A stretch of DNA of 64,000 bases, from positions 1 through 64,000 of the forward strand of contig JAUSFL010000035.1 of NCBI GenBank assembly GCA_030649735.1, written 5' to 3'. Made by a program: the position numbers and the translations under genes. The DNA is from Candidatus Iainarchaeum sp. Lineage in GTDB: Archaea > Iainarchaeota > Iainarchaeia > Iainarchaeales > UBA10191. This document shows, piece after piece, positions 37,623 to 46,919 of this stretch; the stretch's first letter is position 1; the number at the start of each line of letters is the position of its first letter. The notes under the pieces were generated by a model. That model worked only from the letters and a program-made list of their open reading frames with translations. It was not told where the DNA came from and made no database searches.

Positions 37623-37640
37623 ATTCTAATTTTTTGACTG

Positions 37641-39209
37641 TTAGTTTTCGGCAAGCTTGCCGAATTTCCAAAAGTCAAATTCTGAAGGAAAGCAGGAATT
37701 TTTTCCGGAAAATCCTTCACTGCGCTGTTTTTTCTCCAAAACAAGGCTTTTCATGATTTCCTCTTTTTCACTGGCGCTTTTTCCATTAAGGTCTTTTCCA
37801 AATTCCTTGAAAATAATGCAATTGCTTGCCTGGCCTGTGGGATTGACCCTGATTTTCCTGCATTTTTTCGGGTCGCATTCAAAGTCTATCGAGTATTGCG
37901 GCAAAATTCCAAAAACCACTTTGTTTTCCATTATTTCAAAATACTCGCTTTTTGGGTTGTCGCCCTTGAAAAAAACAGGCCTGATTTGCCCGAATTCTTT
38001 CCTGACTGCCTCGACTGCCTTTCTGACTGGCACGTATTCTTTCTTGACGAATTGCGCGTCTTTTTCAAAACCGCCTGGAATTAGCTCCAAAAACCGTACG
38101 GCAATCTTGCAGTTTCTATTGCGTTCAGACAATTCCTTTATGAAATTAATTATTTTTGGAATTTCCTGCAAGTTTTGCTTTGAGAGCACAAAATGAATTT
38201 TGACTGTCTCAAAGAATTCTGCGGCCTTTTCTATTGACTGCAAAACTTGCGGCAGGAAATCAAAGCCGGTGATTTGCGCAAATTTTTCCCTGTCTAAAGT
38301 GTCCAGGCTTATGTTGGCGCGGCTGATTCCGCAGTTTTGCAATGCTTCAGCATTTCTAAAAAGCGTTGTCCCGTTTGTTGAAATGCACTGTTCTGAAAAC
38401 CCGAGCTCTTTTGCTTTTTTTGTGAGCTGTAAAAAACCTTGATTTATTGTGGGCTCGCCGCCAGTCCATCTGACTCGCTTGATTCCGGAATTTTTTGCAG
38501 CCTGCAGTATTTCAATGATTTCTTCATTGCTTATTTTTGGCATTCTTTCCTGGTTGTTTTCCCTCTTGCAGTAGTTGCAGTTCAAATTGCATTCCCTTAA
38601 GGAAATTTCAAGCATGAAATCATTGATTTTTCCGATTTCTTCAACGACTTTCTTGAATTCTTCATTCTTTGTCCCATCAAGCTCAAAGCCCGCTTTTTGC
38701 TTTAATGGCTCAATGTGCAAGTCGTGCATTGGACGCACGTGCTCTTCAAGCCGTTTGCGCACTTTCTCTTGCGAAATATTCCTTTCAATGCAGTCTCTTT
38801 TAATGCGCCTTGCAAATCTTTCAGCCTCGGGCGCGTTGACAAAAAACTTCAAGTCCATTTCCTTGTTCAATTCATTGTCGTGCAGTGCGAGAATTCCCTC
38901 AAAAATTATTATCTCGGCGGAATGGATCTTTTCAAAGCCAGTCCTTCCGTTCTCGTACTCGTAAATTGGGGCCCTAAAATCCCTGCTGTTTTTCAGGCTG
39001 GCAATGCAGTTTTTGATTAATTCCCAGTCAAAGGATTCCGGGCAGTCAAAATTCTTTTCGCCATTGAATTCTGGAATTTCAGAATGGCTTTTGTAAAACC
39101 TGTCCTGGCTTAAAATCAGCGCGTTCTTTCCAAGATTCTCGGCGGCCTTTCTCGCAATTGTTGTTTTTCCAGAAGCAGAACCCCCGGCAATCCCAACAAC
39201 CAGCACCAT
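37641..39209 (-). CDS. Fusion of uridine kinase (N-terminal) and MoaA-like radical SAM/twitch domain (C-terminal)
   Basis: GIAGGSASGKT, QDRFY, NFDCP, EGIL, RRIKRD, VRPMH; then CNLNCNYC, RWTGGEP, TNG, NISLDTL, C..C...R......C. Confidence 0.88.
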   Translation of the reverse strand: MVLVVGIAGGSASGKTTIARKAAENLGKNALILSQDRFYKSHSEIPEFNGEKNFDCPESFDWELIKNCIASLKNSRDFRAPIYEYENGRTGFEKIHSAEIIIFEGILALHDNELNKEMDLKFFVNAPEAERFARRIKRDCIERNISQEKVRKRLEEHVRPMHDLHIEPLKQKAGFELDGTKNEEFKKVVEEIGKINDFMLEISLRECNLNCNYCKRENNQERMPKISNEEIIEILQAAKNSGIKRVRWTGGEPTINQGFLQLTKKAKELGFSEQCISTNGTTLFRNAEALQNCGISRANISLDTLDREKFAQITGFDFLPQVLQSIEKAAEFFETVKIHFVLSKQNLQEIPKIINFIKELSERNRNCKIAVRFLELIPGGFEKDAQFVKKEYVPVRKAVEAVRKEFGQIRPVFFKGDNPKSEYFEIMENKVVFGILPQYSIDFECDPKKCRKIRVNPTGQASNCIIFKEFGKDLNGKSASEKEEIMKSLVLEKKQRSEGFSGKNSCFPSEFDFWKFGKLAEN

Positions 39210-39230
39210 CAAACCACCTTGGCAGTTTTC

Positions 39231-39311
39231 CTATTTTTTCCAGTTTTTCAGCAGAAAATCCCAAATTTTGTCGTCTGCCGCGTGAACCAAATTATTGAGC
39301 AGTTTTTTCAA
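39231..39311 (-). CDS. Putative 26-aa peptide (MKKLLNNLVHAADDKIWDFLLKNWKK)
   Basis: TTG start preceded by SD AGGTGA; stop about 20 nt before the fusion gene. Confidence 0.45.
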   Translation of the reverse strand: MKKLLNNLVHAADDKIWDFLLKNWKK

Positions 39312-39331
39312 GCCGCTCACCTTTGGAATTG

Positions 39332-39386
39332 ATAGTGTTTTATTTTTGTTAAGCAATCCTGCAAAAAAACACCCTATAGTGTTTTA
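39332..39386. promoter_or_regulatory. Candidate operator in divergent promoter
   Basis: ATAGTGTTTTA twice (39332, 39376); AAAACAC-N6-GTGTTTT inverted repeat at 39366-39385. Confidence 0.5.
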
Positions 39387-39410
39387 ATTTCTTGCGTTCA
39401 CATTGGGATT

Positions 39411-40253
39411 GTGCTTTCAAAGGAATTGCAGGAAAAGATACTCAAGCTTGTGAAAAAAGAGCCTTGCCTGGTGCAGGACATTTCTCGGCACATTGGAAAA
39501 AGCTGGGTTGCGACTGAAGGCTATGTTGAAAGAATCTCGAAAGACACTGGCTTGATTAGGACAAAGGCATTCCGCAAGGGAACCAAAGGCGCTGTCAAGG
39601 TTGTTTACTGGAATTATTCTGAAAGCGTCCAGGATGACGAGGTCAAGGAAAGGCTTTTTCAGAGAATAAAGCTGTTTTCAAGCAAGAAAGAATTTGATCC
39701 CTTGGAAATCTTCCAGTTTGCCAAGGACAAACGCTCTAATGCGACTGTGGAGTTCAAGAGCAAAAGGCTTTCAAGCAAGCACCATAAAAACTTCCTTTCA
39801 TTCCTGAAAAAGGCGGATTCTGAATTATTGTGCTTTTCAGGAAACATTTCCTGGATTAGCATCAAGGAAGGAAACGAAAGCGCCTTAAGAATAATTGAGG
39901 AATTCCTGAAAAAGCGCGGAGTCTTGAAAATACTCTGCAGGATTGACATTGCCTCAATGAAAAACATCCGCTTGCTCGAGCCCTTGATGAAAAAATTTCC
40001 AGGCCAGGTTGAAGTAAGGCATTCAAGCCAGCCAGTGCGCGGCTTCATAATGGATTCCAAAATTGCGCGCTTCAAGGACGAGAAAAAAATTTCAGACTTC
40101 AAGGAAGGCGAATTGTCAGAAGACCTGTACTTGTTTTATGAATTGTTTGACATTGACTGGGTCGAGTGGTGCAAGAATGTTTTCTGGTACTTGTTCCGGA
40201 ATTCAATAGGGCTTCAGGAACGGGTCAAAGTGCTTGACAGGCTGGTTTTCTAG
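39411..40253 (+). CDS. Putative transcriptional regulator, N-terminal winged HTH plus TrmB/PLD-like sensor domain
   Basis: ILKLV...VQDISRHIGKSW HTH; LKILCR...VEVRH...RGFIMD pattern. Confidence 0.65.
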   Translation: MLSKELQEKILKLVKKEPCLVQDISRHIGKSWVATEGYVERISKDTGLIRTKAFRKGTKGAVKVVYWNYSESVQDDEVKERLFQRIKLFSSKKEFDPLEIFQFAKDKRSNATVEFKSKRLSSKHHKNFLSFLKKADSELLCFSGNISWISIKEGNESALRIIEEFLKKRGVLKILCRIDIASMKNIRLLEPLMKKFPGQVEVRHSSQPVRGFIMDSKIARFKDEKKISDFKEGELSEDLYLFYELFDIDWVEWCKNVFWYLFRNSIGLQERVKVLDRLVF

Positions 40254-40339
40254 AATTCTCTGCAATTGTCAAACTTGTACTAATTATTCCCCGCCAGTGA
40301 ATACTAAAGCTTTTATATGCGCAATCCTAAAATATATTC

Positions 40340-40487
40340 GAGAGGTGGTTGGACAATAGTGGATGCTAAAAAGGGGCAGTAGAGCAGGCTCACTCTGCTT
40401 AGAGAAAAAACTTTCGGACGCCGAGAATTTGGCTGTTCACTTGAAAGGTTTTATAATGGCTCTCGCCCCTTTTCCACTATATCTCTG
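40340..40487 (+). ncRNA. Candidate structured non-coding RNA
   Basis: TATA at 40311; 5' and 3' ends pair extensively; T-rich tract follows. Confidence 0.45.
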
Positions 40488-40730
40488 ACTTTCTTCAATT
40501 TCTCTTTCTTTTTTCACGATTTTTTGCGGTTTTTTGCAAGAACTTTTTAAAAACTTCTGCAGCACAAGTCTTTCAAGGGCTTGCGGAAGCAAATTTAAAT
40601 ATTAGTTTGCAATTAGGTTTATTAGAAAAGTTTTTTGAAGGCTTCAGGCAAAAATTGGAAAATTGCGCGTTAAAATCTAGTTCTTTAATTTTTCATGAAA
40701 AAATCACTGAAAACAAGGGGTAATTGAAAA

Positions 40731-41336
40731 ATGGTTCCGGCAAAGATTTTTTTTGTAAAAGGCGTGGGAGTCCACAAGGAAAGGCTTGCTTCTTTCGAGG
40801 CAGCCTTAAGGGATGCCGGAATTGAAAAATGCAATTTGGTTTATGTTTCAAGCATTTTTCCGCCAAACTGCAAAGTAGTCTCTAAAGAGCAGGGCTTGGC
40901 TGAATTAAGGCCTGGGCAAATCACTTTTTGCGTAATGGCGCGCAATGAAGCCAATGAGCCAAACAGGCTGATGGCTGCCGCAATCGGCCTTGCATTGCCT
41001 ACAGACAACAACCATTACGGCTACTTGTCAGAGCATCATTCTTTTGGGGAAAAAGCAGTGATTGCGGGCGAGTATGCTGAAGACTTGGCAGCCTCAATGC
41101 TTGCAACCACTTTAGGAGTGCCTTTTGACACTAACGAAGCATGGAGCGAGAGGGAAAAGACCTACAAGTCAAGCGGCCACATTTTCAAGACTTGCAACAC
41201 CTGCCAGTCTGCAGAAGGCAACAAGGACGGCTTGTGGACTACAGTCATTGCCGCCGCAGTGTTTATTATTGATGCTGAAAGCATCAAAAAGTACGAGCCT
41301 TCACAGCAGAGCCAAGGCCCTGTTTGCCCGCTGTAA
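40731..41336 (+). CDS. pdaD: Pyruvoyl-dependent arginine decarboxylase
   Basis: [40 protein letters not shown]. Confidence 0.93.
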   Translation: MVPAKIFFVKGVGVHKERLASFEAALRDAGIEKCNLVYVSSIFPPNCKVVSKEQGLAELRPGQITFCVMARNEANEPNRLMAAAIGLALPTDNNHYGYLSEHHSFGEKAVIAGEYAEDLAASMLATTLGVPFDTNEAWSEREKTYKSSGHIFKTCNTCQSAEGNKDGLWTTVIAAAVFIIDAESIKKYEPSQQSQGPVCPL

Positions 41337-41412
41337 ATAGCTGGCTTTTTTAATTTTTTTCTACAGAAAGCTTTTTTAACCTCAAATCCTTAATTTTTCA
41401 AGTGGTTTTTTT

Positions 41413-41562
41413 ATGGCAGAGAGTAATGGATCTATTGGGTTCTTCCTGATTGGAATGGCTTTAGGGCTTTACTTGCCCAGCTTTCAAGCGCCAGTCGAAT
41501 TCCTGAACGTTTACTTGGGATTATTGCTCATAGTGATTGCGGTAATAATTTTCGTGAAATAA
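41413..41562 (+). CDS. Small two-TM membrane protein (49 aa; not in ORF track)
   Basis: MAESNGSIGFFLIGMALGLYLPSFQAPVEFLNVYLGLLLIVIAVIIFVK. Confidence 0.6.
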   Translation: MAESNGSIGFFLIGMALGLYLPSFQAPVEFLNVYLGLLLIVIAVIIFVK

Positions 41563-41587
41563 TGTTGCTTTTTAGCAATACATTCAT

Positions 41588-42862
41588 TTAGTTTTTATTA
41601 TTTGTAGCCGCAAGGATTTCTCTGGAAATTATCTCATCCTCGTGGCTTCGAGTTTTTTTTGCGACAAAAATACTGATTGAGCTCAAAATTATCGAGAAAG
41701 TGATCACTGCGTAAGTGATGCTGGCGATTTGATCTGAGTGAGGAACGCCCTCAATTACAAGGATTTGCGCAATTGCAGCGGCAGCCAAACCGCGTGCAAA
41801 TACTGAGCCAACAATTTTCTGCTCAAAGGAAGTGAAGTCTTTTGCAAAAATCATGGACAAACGCCTTGCAAACATCAGAATAATTGCAATAATGAGGCCT
41901 AATGCCAAAATGAAATAGTCTGAAAGATTAATCAAGATTCCAATGTAAACAAAAAAGAAAGTCTTCAGGAAGAATGAAATCTGCGCGTAAAAGAACTCTT
42001 CATTTTGCGAGACTGCAGCAACTCCGTAATCTCCATTCACTGCCTTTTGCCTGTCTATTTTCGGGTTTACAATCTCTGAAAATAAGGAAGTCAGCTGTTT
42101 TGAATTGCGCAAAACCAGCCCCAAGCACAAGCCAGCAATGACGCCATTGCCGTTCAATGATTCAGCAATCACAAAGACTAAAATAAGGTATGCAATTGTA
42201 ATGAGGTAATGCTTTGATTCCTTGAAAACCTTTTGAACCAAGAAAATCCAGAAAATTCCTGCAACAATTCCAATTGCTGCAGCGACTGAAAATAAAATCA
42301 AAAGATTGCTTGCCAAGACCTGAAAGTTGAAAGCGTTGATTTTGACTGCTTCAACAACAGCCAATGCCATAACTATGCACAATACATCAGTGAAAGCAGA
42401 TTCTAAAGCCAAAACAGAGTATGCTTTTCCTTGAATGTTCAACTGCTTGAGCAATGGAATCACAAACGCAGAGGAAATTTCGCCCAAAATCACTCCAGCA
42501 AGCAATGCGGTGAAAAAATCAAAGCCCGCGAGGACCAAAACTATTGTGATTAAAGCCATGGAAAGTAAAAAATTGAACAAGGTGATTTGCAGGCTTTTCA
42601 AGACGCCTTTTGCGAGTGAAGATAGGTCAATGCTGAATGCGCCGTCAAAAAGCAGGAAGAGCAATGCAAATGTCGTGAACAATGGCGCAATTCCTGCAAA
42701 AGAGGCAGGATTTGCGTAACCCAATACAAAAGGTCCTAGAATAAATCCCAAAATTATCAGGAACAAAATGTCTGGAATTCCGGTTTTTTTGAAAAGGAAT
42801 TCTGAAAAAGCCCCAAAGAATAAAATTAGGCTTATTCCAAACAATATCATTAGAACTTCCAT
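41588..42862 (-). CDS. Cation:proton antiporter (CPA1, NhaP-like)
   Basis: IPDIL, LLFDG, LESAFTD, FFVYIG, RGLAAA. Confidence 0.9.
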   Translation of the reverse strand: MEVLMILFGISLILFFGAFSEFLFKKTGIPDILFLIILGFILGPFVLGYANPASFAGIAPLFTTFALLFLLFDGAFSIDLSSLAKGVLKSLQITLFNFLLSMALITIVLVLAGFDFFTALLAGVILGEISSAFVIPLLKQLNIQGKAYSVLALESAFTDVLCIVMALAVVEAVKINAFNFQVLASNLLILFSVAAAIGIVAGIFWIFLVQKVFKESKHYLITIAYLILVFVIAESLNGNGVIAGLCLGLVLRNSKQLTSLFSEIVNPKIDRQKAVNGDYGVAAVSQNEEFFYAQISFFLKTFFFVYIGILINLSDYFILALGLIIAIILMFARRLSMIFAKDFTSFEQKIVGSVFARGLAAAAIAQILVIEGVPHSDQIASITYAVITFSIILSSISIFVAKKTRSHEDEIISREILAATNNKN

Positions 42863-42958
42863 GAAAACCCGTTTTATTGACGGATTTAAAGTTTTTAAGG
42901 CTAACATTGCCTTGAAACCAAATAGAGTTTTATAAAAGTAAAGCTTTTCTTTAGTACA

Positions 42959-45598
42959 ATGATTGAAAGCAGGTTTTTTTCCCAAGGCTTGAGCCATTCG
43001 GAGGCAAAAAAGCGTCTTGGAACTTTTGGGCTTAACGAAGTGCAAGAGGTTTCCCAAGTAAGCCCCCTGCGGATTCTTGCAAGGCAAATAAAAGGAAACT
43101 TTCTCATTTACTTGCTTTTTGCCGCAATGATTGTCTCAGCATTAATTGGGGAAGTAATAACATCAATAGTGATTTTGGCAGTCATTTTTGCTTCTTCAAT
43201 AATTGGCTTTGTGCAGGAATTCAAGGCAGAAACCGCAATCAAGGCCTTAAAGAAAATGCTAGTCCCAATCTCACTGGTTGTCAGGGACGGAAAGATTTGT
43301 GAAGTTGAAACAAAGGAAATTGTTCCCGGAGACATTATTGTATTGAGAACTGGGGAAAAAATCCCCGCAGATTGTGAAATACTTGAAGAAAAAGACCTTT
43401 TAATAAATGAATCAATATTGACTGGCGAGTCAAAAGAAATCAAGAAAACACCTGTTTTGGAAGGCATTAAATCCAGCGAGCAAAATAAGCTTTTTGCAGG
43501 AAGCCTGATTACCAGCGGAAAGTGCATTGCAAGGGCACTGCATACTGGAATGAACACTGAATTTGGAAAAATCGCAAGAATGATTTCAACCGCAGAAAAA
43601 GCGCATCCTTTGCAGGAAAAATTGAACCTGATTTCGAAACAGGCTTCAATAATCGCGCTGGTGATGGCTGCGTTGACTTTTGCATTGCTTTTGGCGCAAA
43701 ACTCGGGCGAAACTGACAAGCAATTCTTGATTCACGCAATGATTGTTGCAATAGCAATCGCTGTTTCAGCATTTCCTGAAGGCCTGCCGATTGTTTTGAT
43801 TACTACCTTGGCTTTAGGCGCTTTCAAGATGGCAAAAAAGAACGCGATAGTGAACAGGATTTCAATCATTGAAACATTGGGGGAAACTACTGTCATTTGC
43901 AGCGATAAGACTGGGACAATAACCAAGGGAGAAATGACAGTCAGAGAAGTTTTTTCAGACAATGAACTAATTAAGGTAAGCGGAATTGGCTTCGAGGCTG
44001 AAGGAAAATTCACAATAAATGGAAAGAATGCGGATTTGGAGGGAATTGTTTTTGAGCAATTCTTCAAAACTGCTTTGTTCTGCAATGACGCAAGAATTGA
44101 AAGAAAAGGGACAGACAATGAGTATAAAATAATTGGGAGCGCTACTGAAGGCGCACTGCTCATAATGGCTGCAAAGGCGCAAAAGTTTATTGAAGACTTG
44201 AAGGCTAAGCGAATTGAGGAATTGCCTTTTAATTCTGAAAGGAAAATAATGAGCGTCTTATGTGCTGAAGGCAATGAAAGTTTTGTTTACGCCAAAGGCG
44301 CTCCAGAAATCATTTTAGGAAATTGCGGGTTTTACTCTTCAAAAGACGGTATTTTAAAGTTTGGTGAAGAAGAAAGAGAAAAAGTCCTTGCTGCAATGCA
44401 TGAATTTTCTGCAAAAAAGTATCGCGTTTTGGCATTGGCTTTCAAAGAACAAAAAAGAGGCGTGCTGGAAATTTCCGAAAAAAACATGGTTTTTGCTGGC
44501 TTAGTTGCAATGGAAGACCCGCCAAGGGAAGAGGTAAAAGCTGCTTTGGAAACCTGCAAAATTGCAGGCATTAATGTAAAAATGATCACTGGAGACAATA
44601 AAGAAACTGCCTTGGAGATTGGAAAAGAAATAGGCCTTTTTGGAGATGTATTATCTGGAGAAGAAATGGACAATCTAACTGATGAAGAACTCTCAAAAAT
44701 TGTCGGCGGGGTTTCATTTTTTGTGAGAGTGAGGCCAGAACATAAGCTCAAAATCATCAAGGCATTGAAAACTAATGGGGAAGTTGTTGCAATGACTGGT
44801 GACGGAGTAAATGATGCTCCGGCCTTGAAAGAAGCGCATATAGGAATTGCAATGGGAAAGAATGGGACTGATGTTTCAAGGGAGGCCGCGGACATTGTTT
44901 TAAAGGACGACAATTTTGCAACAATTGTAAAGGCAATTTCTGAAGGTCGGACAATCTTTCTCAACATTAGAAAGTTTGTTTCATACCAGCTTTCATGCAA
45001 TTTTGCAGAATTATTGATAATATTTTTGGGAATTCTTTTAGGTCTGCCTCTGCCCTTGCTTGCTTTACAGATTTTATTCATGAATTTAGTTACTGATGAC
45101 CTGCCTGCTCTGACATTGGGGTTTAATCCTGCTTCAAGGGACACAATGCGCTCAAAGCCAAGGAAGAACTCATCAATTTTAACTCCCCAATTAATTGCAT
45201 TTTTCCTGATTACTGGCGTAATAATGGTCATTGGCTCATTAGGTGTCTTTTATTATGCATTGAATGTATTAAAACTTGATTTAACAACAGCAAGGACAAT
45301 GACCTTGGCAACATTGATTCTTTTGGAAATAGCAAATGCATTCAACTTCAGGTCTTTCAGAAGGTTGTTTTCCAAAACAAATATTCTTTCAAACAAGTCA
45401 TTGGTTTACGCGTCAATAATCTCGATTATCGCTACACTCTTAGTTTTTTACACGCCATTAAATCAGGTTTTTGGGACAATTGGCCTAAGCATTGGGCAGT
45501 GGATTTTGCCAATATTTGTTTCGGTTGGCATTGTTTTGATTGTTGACTTAATAAAGGCATTGAACAGGAAGAAAAAGTTCTTCCCAGAATTGCTTTAG
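42959..45598 (+). CDS. P-type cation-transporting ATPase (Ca2+-type, P2A)
   Basis: LTGES, PEGL, DKTGT, KGAPE, DPPR, TGD, GDGVND. Confidence 0.96.
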   Translation: MIESRFFSQGLSHSEAKKRLGTFGLNEVQEVSQVSPLRILARQIKGNFLIYLLFAAMIVSALIGEVITSIVILAVIFASSIIGFVQEFKAETAIKALKKMLVPISLVVRDGKICEVETKEIVPGDIIVLRTGEKIPADCEILEEKDLLINESILTGESKEIKKTPVLEGIKSSEQNKLFAGSLITSGKCIARALHTGMNTEFGKIARMISTAEKAHPLQEKLNLISKQASIIALVMAALTFALLLAQNSGETDKQFLIHAMIVAIAIAVSAFPEGLPIVLITTLALGAFKMAKKNAIVNRISIIETLGETTVICSDKTGTITKGEMTVREVFSDNELIKVSGIGFEAEGKFTINGKNADLEGIVFEQFFKTALFCNDARIERKGTDNEYKIIGSATEGALLIMAAKAQKFIEDLKAKRIEELPFNSERKIMSVLCAEGNESFVYAKGAPEIILGNCGFYSSKDGILKFGEEEREKVLAAMHEFSAKKYRVLALAFKEQKRGVLEISEKNMVFAGLVAMEDPPREEVKAALETCKIAGINVKMITGDNKETALEIGKEIGLFGDVLSGEEMDNLTDEELSKIVGGVSFFVRVRPEHKLKIIKALKTNGEVVAMTGDGVNDAPALKEAHIGIAMGKNGTDVSREAADIVLKDDNFATIVKAISEGRTIFLNIRKFVSYQLSCNFAELLIIFLGILLGLPLPLLALQILFMNLVTDDLPALTLGFNPASRDTMRSKPRKNSSILTPQLIAFFLITGVIMVIGSLGVFYYALNVLKLDLTTARTMTLATLILLEIANAFNFRSFRRLFSKTNILSNKSLVYASIISIIATLLVFYTPLNQVFGTIGLSIGQWILPIFVSVGIVLIVDLIKALNRKKKFFPELL

Positions 45599-45652
45599 TC
45601 ATTCATATAACTAGTGGGTTTCTTTTTTATAAATTTCTCACATTATTGAAGT

Positions 45653-46204
45653 ATGGTCAAGACAATCTTGAAAAAAACCTTGAAAAAATCAAAGGCTTCC
45701 AGTTTTTTGCCAAAGTTTGCTAACGCTGATAAGGCAATTGAGGAAATTAGCGAGCATTTTGGGACTGTCAAGTGGAGTCTGAAGAGAATTATTCTGCCAT
45801 TGGCTGTTTTTTATATCCTTGTTGGGGTCTTTTTCCAAGAGCACATTTTAGGGGCATTATTCGCTGCACTAATGGTCTTTCTTTACACTAATTTTCTTCC
45901 AGACCTTGACGCTTTTTTTCAGCACGGGAAAGGCGGAAAGAAAGCAAATTGGTTTGAGAAAAGGATTGCCTTGTTTTTCACTCCACTAATGATTTATTAC
46001 ATTCTTTCAGAAAAGGCAAGGCCTTTGGATTTGGGGGAAAACAAGCCGTTTCATAATCGCAGGGCGTTGGTAGAGTTCACGATTTTCTTGTTTGCTTTTG
46101 GCTTGATAATTTATTTTTCTCCAATCAAGGCGGCCTTTCTTGCATTGTTTGGGTTTCTGGGATTTTTTACGCACTTGGTTGTAGACAAGCAAATGGCGCT
46201 TTAA
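45653..46204 (+). CDS. Membrane metal-dependent hydrolase-like protein (YdjM-like)
   Basis: LPDLD, FHNR, THL..D. Confidence 0.6.
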   Translation: MVKTILKKTLKKSKASSFLPKFANADKAIEEISEHFGTVKWSLKRIILPLAVFYILVGVFFQEHILGALFAALMVFLYTNFLPDLDAFFQHGKGGKKANWFEKRIALFFTPLMIYYILSEKARPLDLGENKPFHNRRALVEFTIFLFAFGLIIYFSPIKAAFLALFGFLGFFTHLVVDKQMAL

Positions 46205-46206
46205 AT

Positions 46207-46881
46207 TTATTTTTCTTTTCCACCAATCCTTGCCTTTGCTGAAATTATTGCCTGATTAAATGCGCTTGTTGTTTCACTGCCGAAAACCTTGCATTTTCTT
46301 TTTAGGATTGCCTTGCGAAGTTCTTCCTTGTTTTTTGCATTGCATTCAACTCCAGCAAGCCCAATTTCTCCCAAAGAATGCGCATCGCTTCCTGCAGTGA
46401 AAGGAAACTTGTGCTTTTCAATAAAACTTGCGGCTTTTTCATTTACTTCCTTATCGCATGCCCGGCCATTGAAGACTTCAATTGCGTCAACTTTCCTGAA
46501 TTCTTTCCCCAAGTCTTTTGCAAATCCCGCCCTTCGAATGTCGAAAGGATGTGCAATGCTGGTTAAAGCATCTTGTTCTTTTGCAGAATCAAGAATTTCT
46601 CCAAAGCTTGCCGGCTTTATTTCTTCCTGCAGGAAATAGCACAGTAATTCTCCGGCGCATTTCTCATTTTCAATGATTTTTACTTCTTCCCCGAGCACAA
46701 TCAGCAATTTTCTGTTTTGCTTTTGCAGTTTTTTGAATTCTGCAAAAGCTGCTGTGGAATTGTGGTCTGTTATTGCAAAGCCGGCAAGCCCTTGCTTTAA
46801 AGCCTGCTTTGCAATGCTTTCTGGCTTTGGAAGCGCGTCTGCAGAATGCAATGAATGCAAATGAAGGTCAAATTTTCCCAT
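46207..46881 (-). CDS. PHP-domain phosphoesterase
   Basis: DLHLHS, AITDHN, GEE, AHPF, EVFN, GSDAH. Confidence 0.92.
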   Translation of the reverse strand: MGKFDLHLHSLHSADALPKPESIAKQALKQGLAGFAITDHNSTAAFAEFKKLQKQNRKLLIVLGEEVKIIENEKCAGELLCYFLQEEIKPASFGEILDSAKEQDALTSIAHPFDIRRAGFAKDLGKEFRKVDAIEVFNGRACDKEVNEKAASFIEKHKFPFTAGSDAHSLGEIGLAGVECNAKNKEELRKAILKRKCKVFGSETTSAFNQAIISAKARIGGKEK

Positions 46882-46919
46882 ACTAAAGAATTAAAAACTT
46901 GGATTTTATAAATTATCCC

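Noticed and set aside
37641-38620. Ordinary moaA
   Set aside because: Lacks the C-terminal GG motif and N-terminal Arg, is fused to a kinase, and has no Moco genes nearby.
42863-43087. N-terminal extensions of the antiporter (and of 52377..53498, 3869..4264, 8347..8853)
   Set aside because: They overlap neighbouring genes; downstream ATGs match the family starts or the intergenic spacing.
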